From contig CAWCRS010000005.1 of the NCBI GenBank assembly GCA_963798085.1, positions 256,001 to 320,000 of the forward strand: a stretch of 64,000 nt of DNA. Reading direction: 5' to 3'. The stretch is from an uncultured Gemmatimonadales bacterium. Its GTDB lineage: Bacteria; Gemmatimonadota; Gemmatimonadetes; Longimicrobiales; RSA9. Below the pieces are notes generated by a model. The model saw only the letters and a program-made list of their open reading frames with translations, was not told the DNA's origin and made no database searches. The translations under genes and the position numbers were made by a program. Positions 40,265 through 48,779 of the stretch are shown in pieces. Within the stretch, counting starts at the first letter, position 1, and the number at the start of each line of letters is the position of its first letter.

Positions 40265-41539
40265 ATGAAGTCACGCCGTACCGCGTTCCGCCTGGCCGCG
40301 GGCAGCCTGATTCTCGGCGCCGTCATGCATGTGGTCACATTGTGGCCGCGCGTGCACGCACTGGGCAGCGCGCTCGCTGCGCCGCGCGGATTCGCGCTGC
40401 TGGTCGCAGGCTGGGCACTCTCCGCCGTGACCGCGCTGCTCGCCTGCCTGCTCGCGGCCCTGCTGCTCTGGAAAGCGGTGAATCGGGCCGACGCGCGCGC
40501 ACTTATACTCTTCCTCGCGCTGCTCGCCGTATTCTGGGGCTCGCTCTTCCGTTTCCTGACCGTCAACGCCAATGCGCATTCCGTCAACGTGTCCCTTTCC
40601 TACGGCAGCGGGTTCGTCGCGCAGTCGGCCTCGCTCGCGTACCTGCTGGCAGTGGCGGCGTTCCTGCGTTTCTCGTCGCTCTTTCCGGTTCCGCTCGCGT
40701 CAGCGATGCTGCCGCCCGTTCGTCACCTCAGACTTCTCCGTCGCTTGCGAACAGCGCTGTTGCAGGGCCCCGTCGTCTGGGGCTGCGCCATTGTCTGCGC
40801 GCTGCTGGTCTGGTTCGTGCCCCGGGCGGCCGGTTCACTGCAGGGGCCCGGTACTGCCAGCGCACAGATGCCGCCAGCGCTGAGCTCGGTCATTCTCGGT
40901 ATCGCAGCACTCGTATATGTGGGGCTTCCTCTCGCGACCATCGTTCTCGGTGCACGCAACCTGCGCGCGAGTTACCGCGTCGCGACTCCCGCACAACGCC
41001 ATCGTGTGCTGTGGATCGTCGTCGGCTTCACCAGCGCCGCATGGAGCCTCATCGCCTCGCTGGGTCTGCTCGCGGTGGCAGGCGCGTTCAATCTCGATCA
41101 GCCCTGGCTCGATCTGCTGATTCCTCTCGGCGTCGTGATGGCCCCGCTGCTCGTCGTAACCGGTACCGCCATCGGCATCCTCTATGGCGGGGCCATGGAT
41201 CCCGCGCTCGTGGTACGATCCAGCGCGGTGTACGGCGCCCTCGGCGCCCTTGGTGTCGTGGTGTTCGCCGGCATCGAGAATCTGCTGTCCAACCTGGTCG
41301 AGCAGCGCCTGGGCCTGCCTGGATTCATTGGCTCGATGGCGGCCGGCGCCCTCGTGACCGCCGCTCTCATTCCGGTGCGCCGGCCGCTGCACCATGCAGC
41401 CACGCGGCTCATCGCAGCGCTGCGCGAGGGCTCCGGCCCGAGCGCAGAGATGGCGCCCGGCGCAGCACCGTCGCAACTCGAACAACCTGTTAGGAGTACC
41501 CCGGCGCTGACCGACCCGCCCCTGCACGCCGACGACTGA
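40265..41539 (+). CDS. Polytopic membrane protein, sensor-like
   Basis: About 9-10 hydrophobic segments; FLRFS..FP, RV.W...G and D..LVVR..AVY motifs; no catalytic domain. Confidence 0.7.
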   Translation: MKSRRTAFRLAAGSLILGAVMHVVTLWPRVHALGSALAAPRGFALLVAGWALSAVTALLACLLAALLLWKAVNRADARALILFLALLAVFWGSLFRFLTVNANAHSVNVSLSYGSGFVAQSASLAYLLAVAAFLRFSSLFPVPLASAMLPPVRHLRLLRRLRTALLQGPVVWGCAIVCALLVWFVPRAAGSLQGPGTASAQMPPALSSVILGIAALVYVGLPLATIVLGARNLRASYRVATPAQRHRVLWIVVGFTSAAWSLIASLGLLAVAGAFNLDQPWLDLLIPLGVVMAPLLVVTGTAIGILYGGAMDPALVVRSSAVYGALGALGVVVFAGIENLLSNLVEQRLGLPGFIGSMAAGALVTAALIPVRRPLHHAATRLIAALREGSGPSAEMAPGAAPSQLEQPVRSTPALTDPPLHADD

Positions 41540-41593
41540 TCGCGACTGAGGGCCCTCGTTCCAACTTCATTGCAATCATGCGATTGCGTGGCG

Positions 41594-41609
41594 TGGCACA
41601 GCGGTTGCA
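41594..41609 (+). promoter_or_regulatory. Sigma54 (RpoN) -24/-12 promoter
   Basis: TGGCAC-agcgg-TTGCA with correct GG-N10-GC spacing, upstream of ATG 41747. Confidence 0.7.
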
Positions 41610-41746
41610 CGTCTCCCCGGATCGCGTGGTACACGATCCCGCCGGGCACAGCCTGAGCGCGCCCCGGCGGATCGGCCCCGCTCTCCGCTGGTTCCTCGCG
41701 CCGTGGCAGGAAGTCAGCCGAACGCAACTCTTGCAGGAGGCTGCAT

Positions 41747-42275
41747 ATGAAGAGCTGGATCGCGATTCCAGCAGGTATCGCATTCCTCGCGCTCGCCGGA
41801 ACAGCCAGTGCACAGACGGGACGCGTGGCGATCGAAGCGCGCGGCGGTGTGACCTTCCCCAGTTCCGAGCTGAAGTCCATCGGTGCTGGCACAGGCTTCG
41901 CCGCCGCCGCCGTCGTGGTCTACAACTTCGACCCCAGGTTCAGTCTCTATGGGGGCGTGAATCGCGATGAGTTCGAAGGGAACTTCAGCAGCACCGGCGC
42001 CCAGGCGGGCCTCAAATTCCTGATGAGCCGGGAAGGCAGTGCGTTGCCCTGGCTGAGCGCGGGCCTGCTCGATCAGCGGTTCAAAGCGCGCAGCGCGAGT
42101 GCCGACATGGATGTCGGCTGGGAAGGCGGTGGCGGCATCGATTTCGCCGTGACGAACAGCCTGTCGCTGACTCCGGCGGTGCGCTACCGCTCCTATACGC
42201 CCGTCATCAACGGAAACCACCTGGACACGAATTATGTGACCGCCACCCTGGCGGCGCATTCTGCACCTGCACTGA
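41747..42275 (+). CDS. Small outer-membrane beta-barrel protein; true stop probably at 42275
   Basis: AGGAGG RBS, signal peptide ending ASA-Q, alternating beta-strands; removing one T at about 42260 gives VTATLAAHLHLH-stop. Confidence 0.7.
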
Positions 42276-42421
42276 CGCGCCCGCGTCCGTGCCACCGGCC
42301 GGCGGACTCCGGTCCGCCGGCCCCTTCCCCTCGCCGAACCCGACGCGCGAACCGTCGCTGCTCTCCACGTGTTAGCATCAGCACAACGACACTACCACGG
42401 AAACTTTTCGCCCCGCACGCC

Positions 42422-43390
42422 ATGAAAGCGATTCGCGTCCAGCAGACCGGTGGCCCCGAGGTCCTCCGCATCGAGGAAGTTCCGGATCCGACACCGGCTG
42501 CCGGCGAGGTGCTCGTGCAGGTGGAAGCCGCCGGCGTGAACTTCATCGATGTCTACCACCGTACCGGCCTCTATCGACTGGCTCGGCCTTTCACGCCCGG
42601 GCAGGAAGGTGCGGGCACCGTGCTCGACACCGGACCCGGTGTCGCCGCTTTCGCTCCCGGCGAGCGCGTCGCCTGGGAAGGTATAACAGGAAGTTATGCG
42701 CAAAAGGCCAGTGTGCCCGCCAGCCGGCTGGTTCCACTTCCCGATGCCGTGACCACGCGCCAGGCGGCAGCCATCATGCTGCAGGGCATGACCGCCCAGT
42801 ACCTGGCCTCTGCCACATTCCCGCTTCAGCCGGGTGACACGTGTCTCGTGCACGCCGCGGCCGGCGGGGTCGGACTGCTGCTCTGTCAGATCGCGAAACA
42901 GCGCGGCGCCACCGTCATCGGCACCGCCGGGACCCACGAAAAGGCTGCGCTTGCGCGCGGCGCGGGTGCGGACCACGTCGTCGTTTACACCGAGGATGAC
43001 TTCGAGGATGAGGTCCGCCGCATCACGGGCGGCGCCGGCGTGCGCGTCGTGTACGACTCGGTGGGTAACAGCACATTTCAGAAGAGTCTCAACTGCCTGG
43101 CGCCGCGCGGACTGCTGGCGCTCTTCGGTCAGTCGAGCGGGCCGGTGGCGCCCGTTGACCCGCAGCTCCTCAATCAGCGCGGATCGCTCTTCCTGACGCG
43201 TCCGTCACTGCGTCACTATGTAGCGGCGCGAGAGGAGCTGCTGGCGCGGGCCGGCGATGTGCTCGGCCGGCTGACGGCGGGGACCCTGCGCCTGCGGATC
43301 GACCGGGAACTGCCGCTGGCGGCTGCGGGCGAGGCGCACCGGCTGCTGGAAAGCCGGGCCACTTCAGGCAAGCTGCTGCTGATTCCCTGA
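42422..43390 (+). CDS. qor: NADPH:quinone oxidoreductase (zeta-crystallin/MDR family)
   Basis: MKAIRV..TGGPEVL, GVNFID.Y.R.G, HAAAGGVG, VYDSVG, FGQSSG, GSLFLTRP, GKLLL. Confidence 0.92.
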   Translation: MKAIRVQQTGGPEVLRIEEVPDPTPAAGEVLVQVEAAGVNFIDVYHRTGLYRLARPFTPGQEGAGTVLDTGPGVAAFAPGERVAWEGITGSYAQKASVPASRLVPLPDAVTTRQAAAIMLQGMTAQYLASATFPLQPGDTCLVHAAAGGVGLLLCQIAKQRGATVIGTAGTHEKAALARGAGADHVVVYTEDDFEDEVRRITGGAGVRVVYDSVGNSTFQKSLNCLAPRGLLALFGQSSGPVAPVDPQLLNQRGSLFLTRPSLRHYVAAREELLARAGDVLGRLTAGTLRLRIDRELPLAAAGEAHRLLESRATSGKLLLIP

Positions 43391-43663
43391 CCGGAAAAGC
43401 AGAACCGGGCCGATCCGGACAAGACAGCTCGGGCCACCCCCGGGAGACCCTCCCTGCTCGCCTTCACGACCCGGTCCAGCACTCGGTCGTTCGTACCGGT
43501 CAGAATTCGTCGCCGGCTATGCACCCGCATTTGGATGCAAAAACGTTCACACACTCAATTTCTCGCACCGTTGCCAGCGTGTCAAGGCTGCTGTGACTAA
43601 CGAAAAGGACCGTTGATACGATTTCGCGCAACCCCTTGACTTCAGGTCCCTTTCGCATCTGGA

Positions 43664-44773
43664 TCAGTGTCGTTTCAACGTAACATCCACGCTCATGCCG
43701 GGTCGCAGCACCATAGCCGGATCCTGCGGCTGCGTCAGCCGGATTCGCACCGGTATGCGCTGCACGGTCTTCACAAAATTCCCGGTCGCGTTGTCCGGCG
43801 GGAGCAGCGAGAAGACCGCCCCGGTGGCCGGGCTGATGCTCTCGACCTCGCCCTCGAAATGATGACCCGGGTAGGCGTCGACCCGGACATCCGCCGGGTC
43901 GCCTATGCGGATATGGCCAATGTCGGTTTCCTTGAGATTGGCGACGGCCCAGATGCTGTCCAGTGGCACGAGACTCATCAGCGGCTGTCCCGGCTGGACG
44001 TTCTGACCGGGCTCCACGCTGCGGTGGCTGATCACGCCGCTGGCTGGGGCGATGATACGCGTGTAGCCGAGCTGCAACGCGATCTGATCGCGCGCTGCCC
44101 GCGAGGCCTCGACGCGGGCATCCGCCCCGCGCAGGCCGGCCTCAGCGGAAACCACCTGCTGCGCCGCCGCGTCTGCATTGCGCCGTGCCGCGTCGAGTTG
44201 TGCAGTGGTGGTGCGCACGGCGGTCTCGGCCGCGTCCAGCTGCTGGCGGCTCACGATGTTGGTCGCGGCCAGGCCTTGATAGCGCTGCAGGTCATTCGCG
44301 GCCTTCGCGGCAGCGGCATCGGCCTGTACTACGGCCGCCTGTGCTCCCGCTGCGGAAGCCCGTGCCCCGGCCAGCTGCGCCAGCGCCTGGCCGCCCCGTC
44401 CCTGGGTCCCGACCGCGGCGATCAGCGCATCCAGCTCGGCGTCCGCCTGTGCCAGCCGGGAACGCAGATCGCGATCGTCCAGGACGACGAGCGTGTCGCC
44501 CGCACGCACGCGGCCGTTGTCCTGCACGCGTACGCTCTGCACGTATCCGCCCACGCGCGCGGCGACCGGAACGATGTGCCCCTGCATCTGCGCATCGTCC
44601 GTGCTCACTTCATGGCTGCGCACCCACCAGAGCCGGCCGACCACCGCGAGAATCACGGTAATGATGCCGGCCACCACCAGCACGCCGCGCCGACGGCGAG
44701 GCGGAGGTGGCGCGGCCGCTGCTCCAACGGCAGGTCGTTCGAGTGTGATGGTCTGACCGGACTTCGCCTCCAT
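43664..44773 (-). CDS. emrA: HlyD/EmrA membrane fusion protein
   Basis: STDDA, V..RV.GYV, V.AN.KET, SPATGA.FSLLPPDNATGNFVK.VQRIPV, LRPGMSV. Confidence 0.9.
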   Translation of the reverse strand: MEAKSGQTITLERPAVGAAAAPPPPRRRRGVLVVAGIITVILAVVGRLWWVRSHEVSTDDAQMQGHIVPVAARVGGYVQSVRVQDNGRVRAGDTLVVLDDRDLRSRLAQADAELDALIAAVGTQGRGGQALAQLAGARASAAGAQAAVVQADAAAAKAANDLQRYQGLAATNIVSRQQLDAAETAVRTTTAQLDAARRNADAAAQQVVSAEAGLRGADARVEASRAARDQIALQLGYTRIIAPASGVISHRSVEPGQNVQPGQPLMSLVPLDSIWAVANLKETDIGHIRIGDPADVRVDAYPGHHFEGEVESISPATGAVFSLLPPDNATGNFVKTVQRIPVRIRLTQPQDPAMVLRPGMSVDVTLKRH

Positions 44774-44782
44774 GGATTCCCC

Positions 44783-46174
44783 CTAATGCAGCGTTAGCGC
44801 CACGCCCGCGGCGCGGGCCAGCCGTATCCTGGCCGTCGCGATCGCATGGCGAGCGTCGATGTCCGCGTCCCGGGCCGCGTTCAGTCCGGACTGCGCGTTG
44901 ACGACTTCTATGCTGCCCGCGAGACCGTTCGCGAAACGGGCGCGCGCCTGGTCCAGCTCCGCCTGGGCCAGCGCGAGGCGTTCACGGGAGGCAAACAGCT
45001 GTTCGTTGCCCGATGCCAGGTCGAGCACAGCGGCCGCGACATCGCTCTCCAGCTGGCGGCGCAGCTCGGCTTCCTGGATGCGCGCCTCGCGCAGGCGGAT
45101 TTCCTGCTGCGCGCTTCTCGCCTCGCGACCGAGTCCGTCGAAGACGGGGATGGACACCTCCAGCGCCAGCACGCGCGTACCCAGCAGGTTCTCCGATCGC
45201 GTGCCGTTGATGCCATAGTTCGCGGACAGCTCGAGCCGGGGCAGGCGCTCGGCGAGCACGGCGCTGCGCAGTGCGCGTGCGTCCTGCTGCTGCGCCTGCT
45301 GAACCCTCAGGTCCACGCGCTGTGCCAGCGCCAGCGGTGTGGCCTCCTCCGCGGTTTCCGGCGCGTCCGAGCGGGCACTGCCGGCAGTCAGTGAATCGCG
45401 CAGTTCGAAACGCGTGGCCGCGGGCAGGGCCAGCGCGTGCGCCAGCCCGATCTGCGATACCTCGGCCACGCGTTGCGCGCGACGCAGCGCGCTCTGCGCG
45501 ATCACCTGCTGCGTCTCGGCGCGCGTGACGTCAATGGCCGTGGCCACACCCGCAGCCAGCTGCTGCCGGTTGAAATCCAGCAGCTCAGCCGCCAGTGCCG
45601 CGTCGGATTTCCGGGCGTCGACCAGTGCCGCATCGCGCGCGGCATCCACATAGGCCAGTGCTGCAGCTGAAGCGGCCGTCTGCGCCGCCGCGCTGCGCTG
45701 CAGCGTGCCGATGAGCTCACGATCACGCGCTGCGTGCAGACGCTTCCATGCGGGCAGGTCGATCAGCGGCTGCGCCACGCTCACGCGCGCGTCATAGACG
45801 GAAAAGGGACCGATGCGCTCCGGGATGCTGAAGCCGCCGGGCACTTCCGGAAACTCGAAGCCGAAGGAACGGCTGTTGATCGTCTGATTCGTATAACCCG
45901 CTGTCAGGCGCAGATCCGGCAGCAGATCGGCGCGCGCCTCGCGCGTGAGTACGCCGCCGCGCTCCAGTTCGGCGTCCGCCAGCTGCACGCCGGTGGCGGA
46001 AGCGGCGGCCCGCGCTACCGCGTCCGCCAGCGTGAGCGGCACGGGCGCCACCGTCTGCGCCGCCAGGCTGTGCGTCACGGCGACCGCGCACAGCAGCACG
46101 CCGGAAGCCGTACGCCTCGTGCGTGCCACTGCCTGCTTCCTGCTTCGCTTCCCTGTTTCCTTCGTGCTGCGCAT
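44783..46174 (-). CDS. TolC family outer-membrane efflux protein
   Basis: LTLADAV..A, repeated LLP.L / RLP.L, G.AT.IDV..A, RF..G.....EV..AQ. Confidence 0.88.
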   Translation of the reverse strand: MRSTKETGKRSRKQAVARTRRTASGVLLCAVAVTHSLAAQTVAPVPLTLADAVARAAASATGVQLADAELERGGVLTREARADLLPDLRLTAGYTNQTINSRSFGFEFPEVPGGFSIPERIGPFSVYDARVSVAQPLIDLPAWKRLHAARDRELIGTLQRSAAAQTAASAAALAYVDAARDAALVDARKSDAALAAELLDFNRQQLAAGVATAIDVTRAETQQVIAQSALRRAQRVAEVSQIGLAHALALPAATRFELRDSLTAGSARSDAPETAEEATPLALAQRVDLRVQQAQQQDARALRSAVLAERLPRLELSANYGINGTRSENLLGTRVLALEVSIPVFDGLGREARSAQQEIRLREARIQEAELRRQLESDVAAAVLDLASGNEQLFASRERLALAQAELDQARARFANGLAGSIEVVNAQSGLNAARDADIDARHAIATARIRLARAAGVALTLH

Positions 46175-46187
46175 TGGCAAACCGCCC

Positions 46188-47756
46188 TCACTCACCGGCC
46201 GCGATGACCTCTCCCGCGGCGTGGCCGCGCGAGAGGAAGAACACCAGAGGCACGCCCAGCAGCAGCAGCACCGTGGCCAGGCTGAACACGTGGTTATAAG
46301 CCAGCACCGAAGCCTGGCGCAGCACGCGGAACTGCATGAGTCCGAGCGCACCACGGAACGCGCCCAGCGCATTGGCCCCGCGCGCACGCAGCCCGGCCAT
46401 GGTAGCGTCCATGGCTGCGCGCGTCAGCGGATCATAGGGTGTCAGATGCGTCGCAATGATGCCGCCGTAGCGTGTGGTGCTGCGCGTCAGCTCCGTAGCG
46501 GACAGTGCAATGCCCACACTGCCGAAGACCTGGCGGGTCACGTTGTAGAGCCCCGCCGCAGCCGTCATGCGGGCCACGGGAATGGTGGCCAGCGCCGCGG
46601 TGCTGAGGGCCACGAAGATCAGCGAGAATCCCACCCCCTGCCATACCTGCGGCAGGAACACATCCCAGAAGCCCACCCCGGTCGTCAGATGCGAGAGCTG
46701 CAGGAAGGAGAAGGAGCTGACCATCAGACCCGAAGCCACCATGATGCGCGGACCCAGACGATTGTAGAAGCGCCCCGCAACAGGCATGATCACCATCATC
46801 GCCAGACTGCGCGGCATGAGCGCGAGACCGGAGTCCATCGCGTCATAGCCCAGCAGGCGCTGCAGGAACAGCGGCAACAGAAACAGCGTGCCGAAGAGCG
46901 CCATGCCCAGCACACCGCCCAGGGCCGACGCGGATGTGAACGAAGCGTTGCGCATGATGCGCAGGTCGACCGCCGGCCGCTCACTGGTGAGTTCCCACCA
47001 GACGAACAGCACCATGCCCACCGATGCGAGCAGCGCGAACAGCAGAATCTCGCCCGACTGGAACCAGTCCCTGGCCTGCCCGCGCTCCAGCATCAGCTGC
47101 AGTGCTCCCAGACCCATACTCAGCAGCGCGATGCCCATCCAGTCAATGCGCGCCCGGCTGCGCTCGAGGTAGGGCGGGTCGCTCACGAAGCGCTGCACCA
47201 GCAGCAGATTCAGCACGCCGATGGGCACGTTCACGTAGAACACCCACGGCCACGAGTAATGGTCTGTCAGCCAGCCGCCCAGCGTCGGACCTATGGCTGG
47301 CGCCATGACCGTGCCCATGCCGAAGATGCCCATGGCCAGTCCCTGCTCTTCCGCGGGAAACGACTCCCGCAGAATCGCCTGCGACACGGTCATGAGCACA
47401 CCGCCACCCACACCCTGCAGGATGCGGAACGACACCATCAGAGGCAGCGTGCGCGCCAGACCGCACGCCATCGATGCGATCGTGAACAGCGCGACGCTGA
47501 ACATGTAGAAGTGCTTGCGGCCGAAGCGCGCACTCAGCAGCGCCGTGATGGGCATGATGATCACGCTCGACAGGATGTATCCCGTCACCACCCACGTGAT
47601 CTGCTCGACTGTGGCGCTCAGCGTGCCCGTCATCTCGGGCAGCGCCACGTTCACGATGCTGCTGTCGAGCACGGCCATGATCGTGCCGATCATGACTGTG
47701 CCCGCCACCACCCAGCGGTTGACTTCGGGAGCGCCCGGTCCGCTTGGTGCGCTCAA
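46188..47756 (-). CDS. emrB: DHA2 family MFS efflux permease
   Basis: LDSSIVNVALP, WVVTGY, FRILQG.GGG, AP.IGPTLGGW, W.W.FYVNVPIG. Confidence 0.9.
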   Translation of the reverse strand: MSAPSGPGAPEVNRWVVAGTVMIGTIMAVLDSSIVNVALPEMTGTLSATVEQITWVVTGYILSSVIIMPITALLSARFGRKHFYMFSVALFTIASMACGLARTLPLMVSFRILQGVGGGVLMTVSQAILRESFPAEEQGLAMGIFGMGTVMAPAIGPTLGGWLTDHYSWPWVFYVNVPIGVLNLLLVQRFVSDPPYLERSRARIDWMGIALLSMGLGALQLMLERGQARDWFQSGEILLFALLASVGMVLFVWWELTSERPAVDLRIMRNASFTSASALGGVLGMALFGTLFLLPLFLQRLLGYDAMDSGLALMPRSLAMMVIMPVAGRFYNRLGPRIMVASGLMVSSFSFLQLSHLTTGVGFWDVFLPQVWQGVGFSLIFVALSTAALATIPVARMTAAAGLYNVTRQVFGSVGIALSATELTRSTTRYGGIIATHLTPYDPLTRAAMDATMAGLRARGANALGAFRGALGLMQFRVLRQASVLAYNHVFSLATVLLLLGVPLVFFLSRGHAAGEVIAAGE

Positions 47757-48250
47757 TCCTGGCCTCGTGCGGCTTCCAGTCCATCCAGCAGCAGCGGCTG
47801 CACCAGCTCCATGGCCTGGCGCACGCGTGTGCGGTTCGCCGCTGACAGCGGCGAGAGCAGCGCACCCAGGTGTTCCAGGGCGACGCCCATCGCGACACGT
47901 TCCGCGTGGCGTCCCGCCTCCGTGAGGTCCAGTGCCAGGCAGCGCCGGTCGCCGGCCGCCACACGCCGCCGCACCAGTCCGCGCGCCACCAGCTCCTCGA
48001 TCAGCTTGGACGCCGACGCCATGCCCATGCTCAGACTGTCCGCCACTGCCGACAGCGTGGCTCCCTCCACGCCCGCGAGGAACGTCAGCCCACGCACCAG
48101 AGACAGCGACAATCCGGCCGGCCGCGTGCGCTGCAACGCCCGTCGCGTCGAGCGCGCCACGCGCATGCTCACGTCCAGCACGGCCGCCGCCACGTCCGCG
48201 TCAGGGCCGGACTGGCCGCGCGATTTCCTTTCCGAGGCGAATTGTTTCAC
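47753..48250 (-). CDS. MarR family regulator
   Basis: S.LI..LV..GLV.R....DRR...L.LT.AG; first gene of the efflux operon. Confidence 0.85.
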   Translation of the reverse strand: MKQFASERKSRGQSGPDADVAAAVLDVSMRVARSTRRALQRTRPAGLSLSLVRGLTFLAGVEGATLSAVADSLSMGMASASKLIEELVARGLVRRRVAAGDRRCLALDLTEAGRHAERVAMGVALEHLGALLSPLSAANRTRVRQAMELVQPLLLDGLEAARGQD

Positions 48251-48350
48251 AACGAAAATATTTGCCGGGAAGGCGACCCGCGCAAGTCCCCAGTCCCGTC
48301 AGCGGCGACGGCGTGGCTGGGGCTCGCCCGTCCGCATGGCCGCGCATATA

Positions 48351-48386
48351 TGTCACTTGACACCGTCATGTGATACAGTATATCCT
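48351..48386 (+). promoter_or_regulatory. Sigma70 promoter for padR overlapped by palindromes
   Basis: TTGACA (48357-48362), 18 nt, TATCCT (48381-48386); TGTCA-ct-TGACA and GATA-cagta-TATC overlap it. Confidence 0.55.
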
Positions 48387-48422
48387 CGCGCCATCGATGA
48401 ACCCGACAAGGACCGAACGGGC

Positions 48423-48779
48423 ATGAACGACCCCGAGCGCCTCATACCGCTGCACCCGAACGACTTCCAGATCCTCTTCGCGCTCGTGGATGCGCCGCGC
48501 CACGGCTACGGCATCGTCAAGGAAGTCGAGCGCGCCAGTGGCGGCCGCATCCGCATCGACCCGGCCAACCTGTACCGGTCCATCAAGCGCATGGTGGGTG
48601 ATGGGCTGGTGGAGGAGCCCGACGCGCGAACCGTGAAAGCACTGGAGGAAGAACGCCGGCGTTACTACCGCATCACGAAATTCGGTCTGGCGGTAGTGCG
48701 CCTGGAGGCGGCTCGGCTGGCGGATGCGGCGGCGGCGGCGCGGGCGCAACGGCTCATTCCGGCGAAGCGGTCGCGATGA
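48423..48779 (+). CDS. PadR family regulator
   Basis: IL.AL....HGYGI, LY.SI.R....GL.E, RRRYYRIT..G. Confidence 0.9.
   Translation: MNDPERLIPLHPNDFQILFALVDAPRHGYGIVKEVERASGGRIRIDPANLYRSIKRMVGDGLVEEPDARTVKALEEERRRYYRITKFGLAVVRLEAARLADAAAAARAQRLIPAKRSR

Noticed and set aside
41747..43390. 547-aa OMP beta-barrel/quinone oxidoreductase fusion ORF
   Set aside because: The linker is low-complexity Pro/Arg read-through. Removing one base at about 42260 restores an OMP stop at 42275, and qor has its own canonical MKAIRV start at 42422.
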